Positions 20,241 through 30,412 of a stretch of 64,000 bases of DNA are shown piece after piece. This DNA is from Candidatus Parvarchaeota archaeon (GTDB taxonomy: Archaea > Nanobdellota > Nanobdellia > JAFCGN01), in assembly GCA_017608045.1 (NCBI GenBank), contig JAFCGN010000002.1, positions 24,596 through 88,595 on the forward strand. The letters run 5' to 3'. Each line of letters begins with the position of its first letter. Position 1 is the stretch's first letter. The translations under genes and the position numbers were made by a program. The notes beneath the pieces were generated by a model, which was not told the DNA's origin, did no database searches, and saw nothing but the letters and a program-made list of their open reading frames with translations.

Positions 20241-21119
20241 ATGGGGATTAAAGAAAAAATAAAGAATGTCATTTTTGCCTTAAAATTTAATGAATGTCTT
20301 GAAGAAGTAATTGAAAAAAAACATGTTTTTGAGCTGCTTTTTAATGAAATGAGAATCACAAGAAAAGAAGAAATTTCTGCATTAGAAGACCTTGTTGATT
20401 TAATAGACAGTCCATCAAAGTTTATTTATACTTCTAAGAATGATTTAAAGAATTTTTGTTCATCTTTTTTTCATGGAGATAAATTGTATAAAATCTTGGT
20501 TTTTATTCAAGAAGGTATTGCAAAACAAGAATATAATTTGAGAAAAAATTTTGAAAGAATTTACAATAAAAAATTAAATGAATTAAATAAAAACTCTCTT
20601 GTTTTTAGAACAATTGATAAGAAGATTAAAAATGATGCAATTTTTTTTAGAAAAAAATATCTTAATGAGGGAGTAAGTATTGAGTCTATTGAACTTAAAT
20701 TGCTTGCGTTTCCGTTTATCTTGATTGAAAATAAAGTAAAATCTATTGGTTTTATTGACACATCTTATGTGATTAATAATTATACTGATTTGGAAAGAAT
20801 GCAACTTCCTTTAAAAGAGAATGATGTTTCTGTTGGAATTCACGAAGTATATGAAGAGTTAGCAGGGCTTAAATCTACTTCAAGAGAGAGTGAAAGATAT
20901 AAAAGAAAATTAACCTTTGCTTTATGGAATAGCACAAATGTTTTAACACCTCTTTTGCGTCTTGAAAAAAGTTTTATTAATAGATTAAAATACAGGTTTG
21001 GAGAGACAGGACAAAAAGCAGATTGCACCTTTGCTTTTTATAAAGACATGTTTTCAAATAAAGGAATAAAAACAAGAATATACACTGATGATTTTAGATT
21101 AGAAAGATATTTTGAATAA
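20241..21119 (+). CDS. Hypothetical protein with probable C-terminal PIN domain
   Basis: FIDTS...EVYEEL...AD...IYTDDFRL acidic-residue pattern of PIN nucleases. Confidence 0.55.
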   Translation: MGIKEKIKNVIFALKFNECLEEVIEKKHVFELLFNEMRITRKEEISALEDLVDLIDSPSKFIYTSKNDLKNFCSSFFHGDKLYKILVFIQEGIAKQEYNLRKNFERIYNKKLNELNKNSLVFRTIDKKIKNDAIFFRKKYLNEGVSIESIELKLLAFPFILIENKVKSIGFIDTSYVINNYTDLERMQLPLKENDVSVGIHEVYEELAGLKSTSRESERYKRKLTFALWNSTNVLTPLLRLEKSFINRLKYRFGETGQKADCTFAFYKDMFSNKGIKTRIYTDDFRLERYFE

Positions 21120-21120
21120 A

Positions 21121-21567
21121 TTAAATTATTTGTATCTCAAAAAAATCAAGCTCCTCATTCATGTTTACGTATTTATTAACAAACAAAAATCTTAATTTAT
21201 AATTTCCTCTTTCAATATTTGTTATGCTTCCTTCAATGATTGTTGGACAAACACACCTTGTTACTTCTTTGGCATTAAATACTTCTCTTATTAAGAGTTC
21301 ATTATTTTTTTTAGAATATTTCAGTTTGAAATTGTCATTATTTGCATTGCAATAAAGCATGAGTGTTTGGTTAAAAATAATTGAATTATTTTTTGTTTGC
21401 ACATTGATTAAGTTAATGTCTTCACTGCTTTTATTACACGGATAAATTTTGTAAGAAAAATCTTGATTCACAAAAGGATTGAAATTTTTAAAATTAGTAA
21501 TTGCTAAAAAATAACTCAGGATTGTAAAAAAAAGAGCAAGAATGAGCAACACATACTTTTTTCTCAT
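21121..21567 (-). CDS. Hypothetical secreted or membrane-anchored protein
   Basis: N-terminal signal/TM, several Cys including RCVCP. Confidence 0.6.
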   Translation of the reverse strand: MRKKYVLLILALFFTILSYFLAITNFKNFNPFVNQDFSYKIYPCNKSSEDINLINVQTKNNSIIFNQTLMLYCNANNDNFKLKYSKKNNELLIREVFNAKEVTRCVCPTIIEGSITNIERGNYKLRFLFVNKYVNMNEELDFFEIQII

Positions 21568-21666
21568 AAATATAAAATAAGTTCAAGTAAATTAAAAAAT
21601 GTTTGCTTAATGCTTAGTTTTTGAACAAATTTTTAAAGGGAAAAAACTTTTTTTAAATAAAAAAAA

Positions 21667-21737
21667 GCGTCTGTCGTTCAGTGGCAGGATGCAAGCTTCC
21701 CAAGCTTGTGACCCGGGTTCAAATCCCGGCAGGCGCA
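21667..21737 (+). tRNA. tRNA-Gly(CCC)
   Basis: Acceptor GCGTCTG/CAGGCGC, anticodon arm CAAGC-TTCCCAA-GCTTG, T arm GGTTCAAATCC. Confidence 0.95.
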
Positions 21738-21765
21738 TTTCAGAAAAAATTGATGTGAAAAACAA

Positions 21766-21999
21766 ATGAAAAATAAAAAAAACATTAAAAAAATTACAAA
21801 AAACACAACTTTAGCAGAAATTTTAGATTTTCCTGGAACAAGTGAAATACTAATAAAATATAATGTGCCTTGTTTGTCTTGTCCATTAGCAAGGTTTGAA
21901 CTTAGCATGTTAAGACTTTCAGATATTTGCAATAAGTATTCAATTAATATTGAAGAATTGTTAAAAGAGTTAAATAAAAACATTAAATCACATGATTGA
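21766..21999 (+). CDS. DUF1858-like small disulfide/redox protein
   Basis: ITKNTTLAEIL...PCLSCP...INIEELLKELN. Confidence 0.75.
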   Translation: MKNKKNIKKITKNTTLAEILDFPGTSEILIKYNVPCLSCPLARFELSMLRLSDICNKYSINIEELLKELNKNIKSHD

Positions 22000-22068
22000 G
22001 CGCATTGTTTTATTAAAACAATTTTTAGCAAAACTTTTAAAAGCAAAATCTTAATTCATTTTAGAAAC

Positions 22069-22176
22069 GCTCCCGTAGTCTAGCGGCCAAGGATTCCGGC
22101 CTTTCGACATCAGAACCTCCAGCGGGTTCGTAATGAGAGAAAGCCGGCGACCCGGGTTCAAATCCCGGCGGGAGCA
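22069..22176 (+). tRNA. tRNA-Glu(TTC) with 35-nt intron at 37/38 (22107-22141)
   Basis: Acceptor GCTCCCG/CGGGAGC; CCGGC-CTTTCG|intron|A-GCCGG; bulge-helix-bulge with CUUU/AGAG central helix. Confidence 0.93.
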
Positions 22177-22421
22177 TGCATCAAACACTGCAATCACAAA
22201 TAACTCACTAATGATTACAATTTTTGAGTTGAGTGCCAGAACTCACAATTAAACCCAATGTTATAAATTATTTCTTAATATTAAACCAAAATCTTTTTTA
22301 TTAATAGTTTCATTGCATTTCTTTAATTTTAGTTTATTTAAAAATACTTTTTTTAAATTATTTAAGCATAAATAAGTAAATTGGGAAAAAATATAAACTC
22401 TTTTTTGTTTAAATCTTGATA

Positions 22422-23111
22422 ATGTTAAATGAGTTAAGGCATCTTGGAATCATTGTTGATGGAAACAGAAGGTGGGCTAAAAAGAGAGGTCTGCCTGCTT
22501 TTAAAGGACATGAGGAAGGTGCTAAAACTTTAGAAAAAATTCTTAAAAAACTTAAAGAAACAAGTATTAAAGTTGTTTCTTTATATGTTTGGAGTTTAAA
22601 AAATCATGAGAAAAGAAGTGTTATGGAGAGAAAAAAAATTTTTCAATTGTTACGAGTTTTTTTTAATAAACTTTTAAAAACATTGGAAAAAGAAAAAATA
22701 AAAGTTGTTTTTTCAGGAAGATGGCAAGAAACTGAAATGAAGGATTTCATTAAAAATATTTTAGATAAGACAAAAAATTTTGAGAATAAAATAATAAATT
22801 TTTGCTTTATGTATGATGGTCAAACAGAAATTGTTGATGCTGTTAAGAAAATTATTTCTAAGAACATTCCAAAAGAGAGTATAACAGAAGAAGTAATTAA
22901 AGAAAATCTTTACACTAAGAATTTACCACCTCTTGATTTAATAATACGAACTGGAATGGAGGATGGTAAGAGATTAAGCGGTTTTTTATTATGGGATTCA
23001 AGTTATGCTGAATTTATATTCCATAACACATATTGGCCTGATTATACAGAAGAAATGCTTATAAAAGATATAGAAGAGTTTAATAGAAGAAAAAGGCGTA
23101 TGGGAGAATGA
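22422..23111 (+). CDS. uppS: cis-prenyltransferase (undecaprenyl diphosphate synthase family)
   Basis: HLGIIVDGNRRWA, DLIIRTG, RLSGFLLW..SYAE. Confidence 0.93.
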   Translation: MLNELRHLGIIVDGNRRWAKKRGLPAFKGHEEGAKTLEKILKKLKETSIKVVSLYVWSLKNHEKRSVMERKKIFQLLRVFFNKLLKTLEKEKIKVVFSGRWQETEMKDFIKNILDKTKNFENKIINFCFMYDGQTEIVDAVKKIISKNIPKESITEEVIKENLYTKNLPPLDLIIRTGMEDGKRLSGFLLWDSSYAEFIFHNTYWPDYTEEMLIKDIEEFNRRKRRMGE

Positions 23112-24199
23112 AAATTGGTATTGTTGGTGCTGGTCCTCTTGGTTCTTTTGCTGCCTGGAAGTTCGGCAAAAACAATGATATTACTTTGTTTGAACAAAAG
23201 AAAAAAATAACAAGCAAACATTCTGGGATTTTCAGCACTGATATTCTGAATTATTACAAGCCTCCAAAAAATATTATTTTAAATAAAGTTAAAGGAGCTG
23301 TTTTAAAAATAAATAATAAAGAAGCAATTATTAAAGACAAGAAGATAAGAGCAATTGTAGTTAATAGTCAAAAGTTTGACGAAAATTTATTCAATGAAGC
23401 AAAAAAAGTTTCTTTGTATAAAAATGAAAAAATTGAAAAAGTTGATTTAATAGGGAAGAGTGTAAGATTAAATAATCATTCTTTTGATTTTGTTATTGGA
23501 GCTGACGGCCCTTTTTCCAAGTTATCTGAAAATTTGGGCATAAGGCAAAAAAATATTTTTTATGGGCTTGAAACAATAGCGGATTGTAATTTTTTTGATA
23601 AAAAATTGGTTGAACTTTATTTTGAAAAAAAATTTTCAGATTTTTTTGCTTGGATAATCCCTTTAAATGATTCAGAAGCGAAAATAGGCGTTATCTGTAA
23701 AACACATGCACAAAAAAAGTTTTCTAATTTTTTGAAATTTCTTCAAATCAAAAAACACAGGAAAATAATTGGAGGTGCAATACCTATTGGTTTTTATGAA
23801 AACTTTATTTTTGAAAGGCTTGTTTTAATAGGAGATGCAGCAGGCCAAGTAAAGAGCACTACAGGCGGGGGCATAACTCTTGGAATGAAATCTGTGAATT
23901 TATTGTTTAAATTGCTGAAAAATCAACAATATTGCTTATCAAAAAAGTGTTTGGTTAAGAATTATTATCCTGTATGGAAAAAAGAAATAGGAAAAGAATT
24001 ATGGCTTCATTGGAGAATAAGAAAATTTTTGAACAAATTAAATGACAGGGATTATGAAGAACTTATAGAGTTAGCAAATACTCTTTCAAAAAGAATAATT
24101 AAATTTGGTGATATGGATTATCCTTCAAAATTTTTGATTAAAGTTCTTGATTTAAATACGTGTTTATTTTTATTAAAGAATTTTTGGAAATTATTTTAA
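23108..24199 (+). CDS. Geranylgeranyl reductase family FAD oxidoreductase
   Basis: GIVGAGP, IGADG, FAWIIP, LIGDAAGQVK.TTGGGI. Confidence 0.85.
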   Translation: MKIGIVGAGPLGSFAAWKFGKNNDITLFEQKKKITSKHSGIFSTDILNYYKPPKNIILNKVKGAVLKINNKEAIIKDKKIRAIVVNSQKFDENLFNEAKKVSLYKNEKIEKVDLIGKSVRLNNHSFDFVIGADGPFSKLSENLGIRQKNIFYGLETIADCNFFDKKLVELYFEKKFSDFFAWIIPLNDSEAKIGVICKTHAQKKFSNFLKFLQIKKHRKIIGGAIPIGFYENFIFERLVLIGDAAGQVKSTTGGGITLGMKSVNLLFKLLKNQQYCLSKKCLVKNYYPVWKKEIGKELWLHWRIRKFLNKLNDRDYEELIELANTLSKRIIKFGDMDYPSKFLIKVLDLNTCLFLLKNFWKLF

Positions 24200-24245
24200 T
24201 TCATTTTTTTATTCTAACGCTAACAATTTCTGAGAGGAATAACTA

Positions 24246-24836
24246 TTAATTAAACTCTTCTTTAAGTTGTTTACTAATTATTTCAAAAAAAGGTTTTAAT
24301 ATCTTATTCAGTTCTTTTGCTTTTTTTCTTGCTTCTAAAGTATATAATTTGCTCTCCCTTTTTTTAATATGAACTCTCAAATGATTTATTATCCTCTCAG
24401 TGTTCCAACCGATTTGCGCTCGCTTCCATGTTTCTCTTATTAATCCAAGAGGCCCTGTTTTCTCTAAAGTATCAGCGTCATGAACGATTTTCGCTTCCAT
24501 TGTTTTTGCAGGAATCCTTCCATCATGTGATTCAATACAATGTAATATTTCACGTTGATCTTTATCACTCACTTGAATTCTTCTAAGAAAATTAATAACT
24601 CTCTCTTTATTCTCAAGAGTGCTACCTGTTATTGTTTTTTCCAAATTAGTATCATGAAGCCATGCTCCTGCTTCCACAATACTTAATTTAACATTATAAT
24701 TCCTTGCTAAATCCTTCGCTTTGTTAACAACACGGAATAAATGCCTGTTACCTCTTGACTTGCCTGCAAATGCTAAATCCCAATCTAACTTAATCGCAAA
24801 TTCTTTTATTTTCTTTAATTGTTCCTTATTTATCAT
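24246..24836 (-). CDS. HD-domain phosphohydrolase
   Basis: HLFRV...AWLHD...CIESHD...EAKIVHDADTLEKTG. Confidence 0.88.
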   Translation of the reverse strand: MINKEQLKKIKEFAIKLDWDLAFAGKSRGNRHLFRVVNKAKDLARNYNVKLSIVEAGAWLHDTNLEKTITGSTLENKERVINFLRRIQVSDKDQREILHCIESHDGRIPAKTMEAKIVHDADTLEKTGPLGLIRETWKRAQIGWNTERIINHLRVHIKKRESKLYTLEARKKAKELNKILKPFFEIISKQLKEEFN

Positions 24837-26977
24837 CTTTTCTTACCACCTCCAAATAAGTATGGAATCCTGAAATGCCCTTCAATCTTGTTTGGTATGT
24901 GAGCTACGCTAGGCATGTATCCTTCTATAGCTATTATGTGTTGCTTATTTTTCCTTATGAAATCCATTATTTTATCCTCTTCACTCGTCAAGTTCTCATT
25001 TCCAAGGAATTCCATTTTAACAATGCATTCTTCATTCAATTCAATGCTTTTAAGATCATTTAAATCACATAAAGTGATCTTATTCGCATTAGCATTTATC
25101 TTAACACTTTCTGGAACTCCGTACTTAGGTCTTAATTGAGTTAAGTAAGTTCTTCCTTTATTATCTATTACGAATTCTATATCAATATCCCCAAAAACTC
25201 TGTGTAATGTACTTAAATCATTACTTAAATTTTCTAAGCTCGTACCTTTTAATAATTCCTCAATGGTTCCAGAAGATTTGTAATCTCCATTTCCAAGAAC
25301 CGCCTCCTCAGGGGTTTCAGCAAAGCTTACACCACACTCATTTTTTGTTAAATGAACAACGCCTCCTCTTCCATTAATTCTTTCTTGAATTATAACACTT
25401 ATACCAGGAAAGTGAGATAATTCGATATCCTCTCTGCTCTTAATTGCTTCTTGACTGAAATAACTCTTAACTACTTTTTTCATTGCATCATCCAAAGTAT
25501 TCCTTTCACATGACACAGATTCATATGTTCCTGAAAAGTTTGAAGTCCCGTCCTCCCCGTACATGCTTGATCGCACGATAATTTTGCTCCCTAGTAATTC
25601 TACTAAGTTTTCAGGAAGGTATTTCTTAAAGTTTATTCTATTTATTTTACTTAAGATTTGACATCTTCTTTCCTCATTAATAGAGAAAATATCCTCTCTA
25701 AGAATTTCAGTTACTCCCTCTTCCTCAAGAATTTTTTCCAAACCAACAGAAGATATTACAAATCCTCTTGGCACATCATACATTAATCCTAAAGCTTTCT
25801 TCGCATCATGTAATAATTTTAATCCTTTCCACTTACCCCCAACAAGCCCTGTGTAAAAAGAAGGGTCTTCTAAATCAAAAGTTAAGAATTTCTTCCTTTC
25901 ATTATTAATGCTATTAACTATCATTCGCTTAAGATTCTTGCTTCTTTCAATCAATTTTTCTTTATCCCCGATTTCCTCATCATCAATTAAAGTAGCGAGA
26001 GCTAATCCTTTAGGAGAAGTAGCATCACTTATCTCAGATAGTGTTTGTGCTATTTCTGAAGACTCTTCTAAGTGGTTTAATGCTTTTTTTGTTGGAACAC
26101 AAATACTATCATAAGTGCTCCCCTCAGAATCCTTCTGTTTTAACGCAAGAGGCATCCAATTATGAAATCTTATAAATGTATTGTAAAATTTTCCAATATC
26201 AAGGTTTGTTTCAAATACTGATGTTGATAATTCATTAATAAGTTTAAGAGCTTGTTGTAATTCGTTTTCTGATAACTTTCTTTCTTTTCCGAACACACTT
26301 CCTAATACATCAACAGCTCTATCAATTTGATGGTAATCCCTACCAATAATGGAAGATAATTTCAAGTAAACTTCTTTCAACTGAGTATCACTCAGTTCTT
26401 GCTTAAGTAAAGGAAGCGTGGTTTCTAAACTATCCAAACCACCCGCAATAAGTGATGAATTCTCACATGTATTAAAAGGATTATTCTCACCCCCTCCACC
26501 AACAAGTCCTTCAATGCAGTAAAAGTCTGCAAGCTGTTTCCAACACACTACAACCTTAGCTACATGATCCTCAAAACTATCTCCTTCTTGCATTCCTGCA
26601 AGAATATTATCATCTATGTAAACCCTTCCTAACAAGTAATCTAATACTTGTTTTGAAAACGCTGGACTTGAACGCATTTTATTAAAAACATTACTTACAA
26701 TGCTTCTTGCTTCACAATCTTTATCCAATTCATCCCTAAAAGAAGTTCCATTCTTCTCTGCTAATTGTAATAATTCATCAAATTTTTTCTTATTTCCAGT
26801 TATAGAGAAAGGCAAACTCAAATACTCAAATCTTTTAAAAACACCCCTTTTCTTACCACTTAATTCTATAAAAAATTCATCAAAATCTTTACTACCAAAA
26901 ACACCTCCTTCAGGAAGAATTCTCCTCATTTTATTATTACACACGATTTCCTCAAGTTTCGTAACCATTTTTACCAC
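24833..26977 (-). CDS. PEP-synthase/PPDK-like ATP-grasp protein with unknown N-terminal half and C-terminal His-domain-like region
   Basis: VGGKWKGL, VPRGFVIS, VRSSMYGED...FSGTYES, IIQE, DIEF, LTQLRP; SVAHIP...FRIP resembles the swivel phospho-His motif. Confidence 0.75.
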   Translation of the reverse strand: MVKMVTKLEEIVCNNKMRRILPEGGVFGSKDFDEFFIELSGKKRGVFKRFEYLSLPFSITGNKKKFDELLQLAEKNGTSFRDELDKDCEARSIVSNVFNKMRSSPAFSKQVLDYLLGRVYIDDNILAGMQEGDSFEDHVAKVVVCWKQLADFYCIEGLVGGGGENNPFNTCENSSLIAGGLDSLETTLPLLKQELSDTQLKEVYLKLSSIIGRDYHQIDRAVDVLGSVFGKERKLSENELQQALKLINELSTSVFETNLDIGKFYNTFIRFHNWMPLALKQKDSEGSTYDSICVPTKKALNHLEESSEIAQTLSEISDATSPKGLALATLIDDEEIGDKEKLIERSKNLKRMIVNSINNERKKFLTFDLEDPSFYTGLVGGKWKGLKLLHDAKKALGLMYDVPRGFVISSVGLEKILEEEGVTEILREDIFSINEERRCQILSKINRINFKKYLPENLVELLGSKIIVRSSMYGEDGTSNFSGTYESVSCERNTLDDAMKKVVKSYFSQEAIKSREDIELSHFPGISVIIQERINGRGGVVHLTKNECGVSFAETPEEAVLGNGDYKSSGTIEELLKGTSLENLSNDLSTLHRVFGDIDIEFVIDNKGRTYLTQLRPKYGVPESVKINANANKITLCDLNDLKSIELNEECIVKMEFLGNENLTSEEDKIMDFIRKNKQHIIAIEGYMPSVAHIPNKIEGHFRIPYLFGGGKKR

Positions 26978-27089
26978 TGATAAGTTTAGATTAAATTAAA
27001 CATAAACTAAAACATCAATAAATATTTTTGGAACAAAATTCAAAAAACTAATCAAAAAACTTTTAAATTTTTGAATATTATTTAAATTT

Positions 27090-27539
27090 ATGAAAAATAT
27101 TAAAGAGAAACTTATTGAATTGCTTAAATTAGGATATTGCACTCCTCAGATTGCAAGAATAGCAAAAAAGATAAAAGAACCTTCAACCACAATACATTAT
27201 AACATAAAAAAGTTGGAGAAAGAAGGAGTAATTAAAACTTATAAAGCAGTTTTTGACTATAAGAAAATAGGTATTGAGTTTTGTTCGTATGTTCTAATTA
27301 ATCTTGCTCCTGAAGAATATTCTAATCCTGAAAGAATAGCTAGGGAATTAATTAAATTTCCTCAAATAGAGTGTATAGACATCGTCACTGGTGATTATGA
27401 ATTAATCCTTAAAATAAGAACAAAAAATATTGAAGAGTATTATGAATTTGTTAAGAATATTTTATCAAGAAAAGGGATTGTGAAGATTAAATCTCTTAAT
27501 TCTCTTAAACAAATTAAAAGTGAATTCATAGAAGTTTAA
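27090..27539 (+). CDS. Lrp/AsnC family transcriptional regulator
   Basis: HTH IAKKIKEPSTTIHYNIKKLEKEGVI, RAM domain VTGDYELILKI. Confidence 0.9.
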   Translation: MKNIKEKLIELLKLGYCTPQIARIAKKIKEPSTTIHYNIKKLEKEGVIKTYKAVFDYKKIGIEFCSYVLINLAPEEYSNPERIARELIKFPQIECIDIVTGDYELILKIRTKNIEEYYEFVKNILSRKGIVKIKSLNSLKQIKSEFIEV

Positions 27540-27957
27540 AACATTTAATCCTCTAAAAACAAAAAGTTGTTGTTAAGGTTTTTATTTATTGTTTGTTCTT
27601 ATGGAGTTTTTTTAAGAATGAGAATTACAGTCTAATTACTTCTGAAGTGAGTAATGAAAAGAAAATTAAAAATAGTTCCTAAACTAAAGAAAACTGTTTG
27701 TTCTCATCTTTTATTCAATAAATAGAATAATAGTATGGTCAAGTGGGAACATATAATAAAACAGAATTCAAAGAATTTATGGAAAAAATCCAAAAAATTT
27801 AATGAATTAACATTCTGAAAACAAAATAGAGAAGATTAGTCAATAATTTTAAAAATAAAATTATTGATTTCATAATTAATTTGTGTCTACGCGTTTTGTT
27901 TAATTATAACATAATCCTCCCAAGTCATATCGTGGTTTAAATCATAGTAAGAGTAAT

Positions 27958-29802
27958 TCATTTTTTTATTCTAACGCTAACAATTTTTAAATTAGGTTCT
28001 TTGCTGAATGGGTCTAAAGATAATGGGATTAGTTTATTCACTAATGCATTATTAAAATGATAAGGCACAACAATAACTCCTTTTTTTATGTATTTATTAG
28101 ATTCAACAGTCAGGTTAATTTTTCCATTTTTTGAGATGATTGTTATTCTCTCTCCAGGAAGTATTCTTTCCTTTTTTAAATCTAAAGGATTCATGTATGC
28201 TCTTGCTTTATTTATTATTTTTGCAAGGGATTTGCAATTTATTGTCATTTCAGAAGTTGTGAAGTGATAAGGAAGTCTTTTTGTAGTAAGTAAATAAGGA
28301 AATTCTTTACTAATCTCATGTTCAACACATGTGTATTCAATTGGGAACAATTTTTTATATTTGATTTTTTTATTGCCAAAATCTCCTTCCTTTGTTTTCA
28401 ATTTTTCATATTTAATTTTTTTATACTGAATCACTTTTTTAATCATTTCTTTTGTTATTTCATCCAAAGTTTTATAAGATTTTAAACCAAATCCTTTAAG
28501 TAATTCATTAAAGATTATCCATTTTTCTTTTCCATAAATTGGGTTTAAAACTTTTTTAAAACTTCTTACTCTGCGTTCTGCATTTGTCATTGTGCCGCTT
28601 TCTTCAAAATGTGTTGCGCAAGGAAGAACAATGTCTGAAAATTTTAACATCAAATTTTTATGCGAACCAATGTAAATAACAAAGGTTTTTTTGAGTTTTT
28701 TATGAACAGTATTTAATTGAGGGAATGATTTTGCAATATTTGATTCTAAAACAACAGCGGTTTTTAACTTATTACTAAATAAAAGTTCTAAAAATGTTTC
28801 ATTTTTAGGGACAACACCAACATCACCGCATCCTTGAATATTATTTTTACCTCTCATTGGAATTAAAAAACCATTCTTTAATATTGAAAGATTGCTCAAT
28901 GCTAATGCATTTTTTGTTCCAAGAGTGTGTTGAACAAGTGCCATGCCAAAAAGAAAAGATGGTTTTCTTGATTTGCACAGTATTTCCGAAATTTTTTTTA
29001 ATTTCTTTTTATTTGTTCTGCAATTCTTTGATACAATACTTAATTCATAATTTTTTAGTGAAAGAACATATTTTTTAAAATCCTTATTTTTTTCTAATCT
29101 TTTATCAAACTTTTTAGATTTAATAATCTCTCTCGCTAAATAATTAAGTATTGGCAAGAATTCCCCGACATCAATTAAAAGGCATATATCTGCAAAATTG
29201 CTTGTAAAATTATAACTATCATAAATTAAAACAATTTTCGCACCTTTCTCTTTTGCCTTCAACACTCTTTCAAAAAGCACGGGATAATCAGATTTTGTGT
29301 CAGAACCAACAATGAATATAACATCTGATTTTTCAACATCATCCATTTTAGGACTCATTGCAGTTATTCCATAAGCAAGTCTCATTGCTCTTATACTACT
29401 TGCGTGACATAAAGAAGCGCTTGAATCAAGGTTTGCTTTTAACATTCCCGCTAACTTAACCAATAAATAATTTGCTTCATTGCTTGCACTTCCTGAACCA
29501 TAAAAACACAGATTTTCAGAAGGAGTTTCTTTTATTTTTTTAATAATTAAAGAATATGCTTTCCCCCAAGTTGTTGGAACTAATTTACCATTTTTTCTTA
29601 TAAGAGGTGTTTTTATTCTATTCTTTAATAAAAACTCATAAGATTTTAATCCTTTAATGCATGGCTTGCCTTTGCTTACTGGATCATTTTTTATGGGGGA
29701 AGCACTAATTATCTTATTATTTTTTACATAAAAATTTAATTTACAACCGCAACCGCAGAAAGGACAAATGGTTTCAAACGATTTCCTAACACTAATCACC
29801 AT
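27958..29802 (-). CDS. Molybdopterin oxidoreductase, formate dehydrogenase alpha-like
   Basis: CPFCGCGC...PCIKG Fe-S motif, SLCH active-site Cys-His, RGKNNIQG, GTMTNAERR, C-terminal molydop-binding domain. Confidence 0.85.
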   Translation of the reverse strand: MVISVRKSFETICPFCGCGCKLNFYVKNNKIISASPIKNDPVSKGKPCIKGLKSYEFLLKNRIKTPLIRKNGKLVPTTWGKAYSLIIKKIKETPSENLCFYGSGSASNEANYLLVKLAGMLKANLDSSASLCHASSIRAMRLAYGITAMSPKMDDVEKSDVIFIVGSDTKSDYPVLFERVLKAKEKGAKIVLIYDSYNFTSNFADICLLIDVGEFLPILNYLAREIIKSKKFDKRLEKNKDFKKYVLSLKNYELSIVSKNCRTNKKKLKKISEILCKSRKPSFLFGMALVQHTLGTKNALALSNLSILKNGFLIPMRGKNNIQGCGDVGVVPKNETFLELLFSNKLKTAVVLESNIAKSFPQLNTVHKKLKKTFVIYIGSHKNLMLKFSDIVLPCATHFEESGTMTNAERRVRSFKKVLNPIYGKEKWIIFNELLKGFGLKSYKTLDEITKEMIKKVIQYKKIKYEKLKTKEGDFGNKKIKYKKLFPIEYTCVEHEISKEFPYLLTTKRLPYHFTTSEMTINCKSLAKIINKARAYMNPLDLKKERILPGERITIISKNGKINLTVESNKYIKKGVIVVPYHFNNALVNKLIPLSLDPFSKEPNLKIVSVRIKK

Positions 29803-29835
29803 AAAAGTAATTACAATCTTTAAAATTAAAAGTGT

Positions 29836-30360
29836 TTAGAAAATAAGGGTTAAAAAAATTAAGAAAAGATTAATAAAAAAACCAATAACAGCGTATTTCT
29901 TTATATTAGGCTTCCATGCTTTAGCTATGATTGGGCCTGCAATAACATAAGGGAGTAATAATTCTCTTATGATAAAACGTGTTAAAATTGGTAAATTAAT
30001 AAAAGACAAGAAAGTAAAACCAGTTAATGAATAAATTAATACTTGTGTGCAATCATAAAAACTGTCAAAAACCCAAGCATAAGCGAGAAAACGCAATTCA
30101 TTAAATCCTAAGAATAAGGTAGTGAATAAAAGCGAGAATACTACTTCTTCTAATAATCCTAAGAACATTGCATTAACATTATACATTTGCTTTGTCTCAT
30201 AACTTATTATGAAACCAAAACCACCTGTTTTTAAAATACCAACATAATAAGCTAAGTGCCTAAGCCAATTAGGCAGCAATAATAGTATAAAAATAATTAA
30301 GAATTCTTTTTTATTAATTTTTTTAACTTTATTTAATGCCTTGCTTAAGTAATTCCTCAT
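29836..30360 (-). CDS. Hypothetical membrane protein
   Basis: Several hydrophobic segments. Confidence 0.6.
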   Translation of the reverse strand: MRNYLSKALNKVKKINKKEFLIIFILLLLPNWLRHLAYYVGILKTGGFGFIISYETKQMYNVNAMFLGLLEEVVFSLLFTTLFLGFNELRFLAYAWVFDSFYDCTQVLIYSLTGFTFLSFINLPILTRFIIRELLLPYVIAGPIIAKAWKPNIKKYAVIGFFINLFLIFLTLIF

Positions 30361-30412
30361 TAATTATTAATTAATAAGAGAAAGATTTTTAAAATCATTC
30401 ATTTGTTTATAA

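Larger units (their letters stand above)
24197..27986. mobile_element. Genomic islet bounded by perfect 33-bp direct repeats (24197-24229 and 27954-27986)
   Basis: TAATTCATTTTTTTATTCTAACGCTAACAATTT occurs at both ends and equals the 3' end of the downstream oxidoreductase gene. No integrase or transposase inside. Confidence 0.72.

Noticed and set aside
21678-22046. 122-aa minus-strand ORF
   Set aside because: Antisense to tRNA-Gly and the DUF1858-like gene
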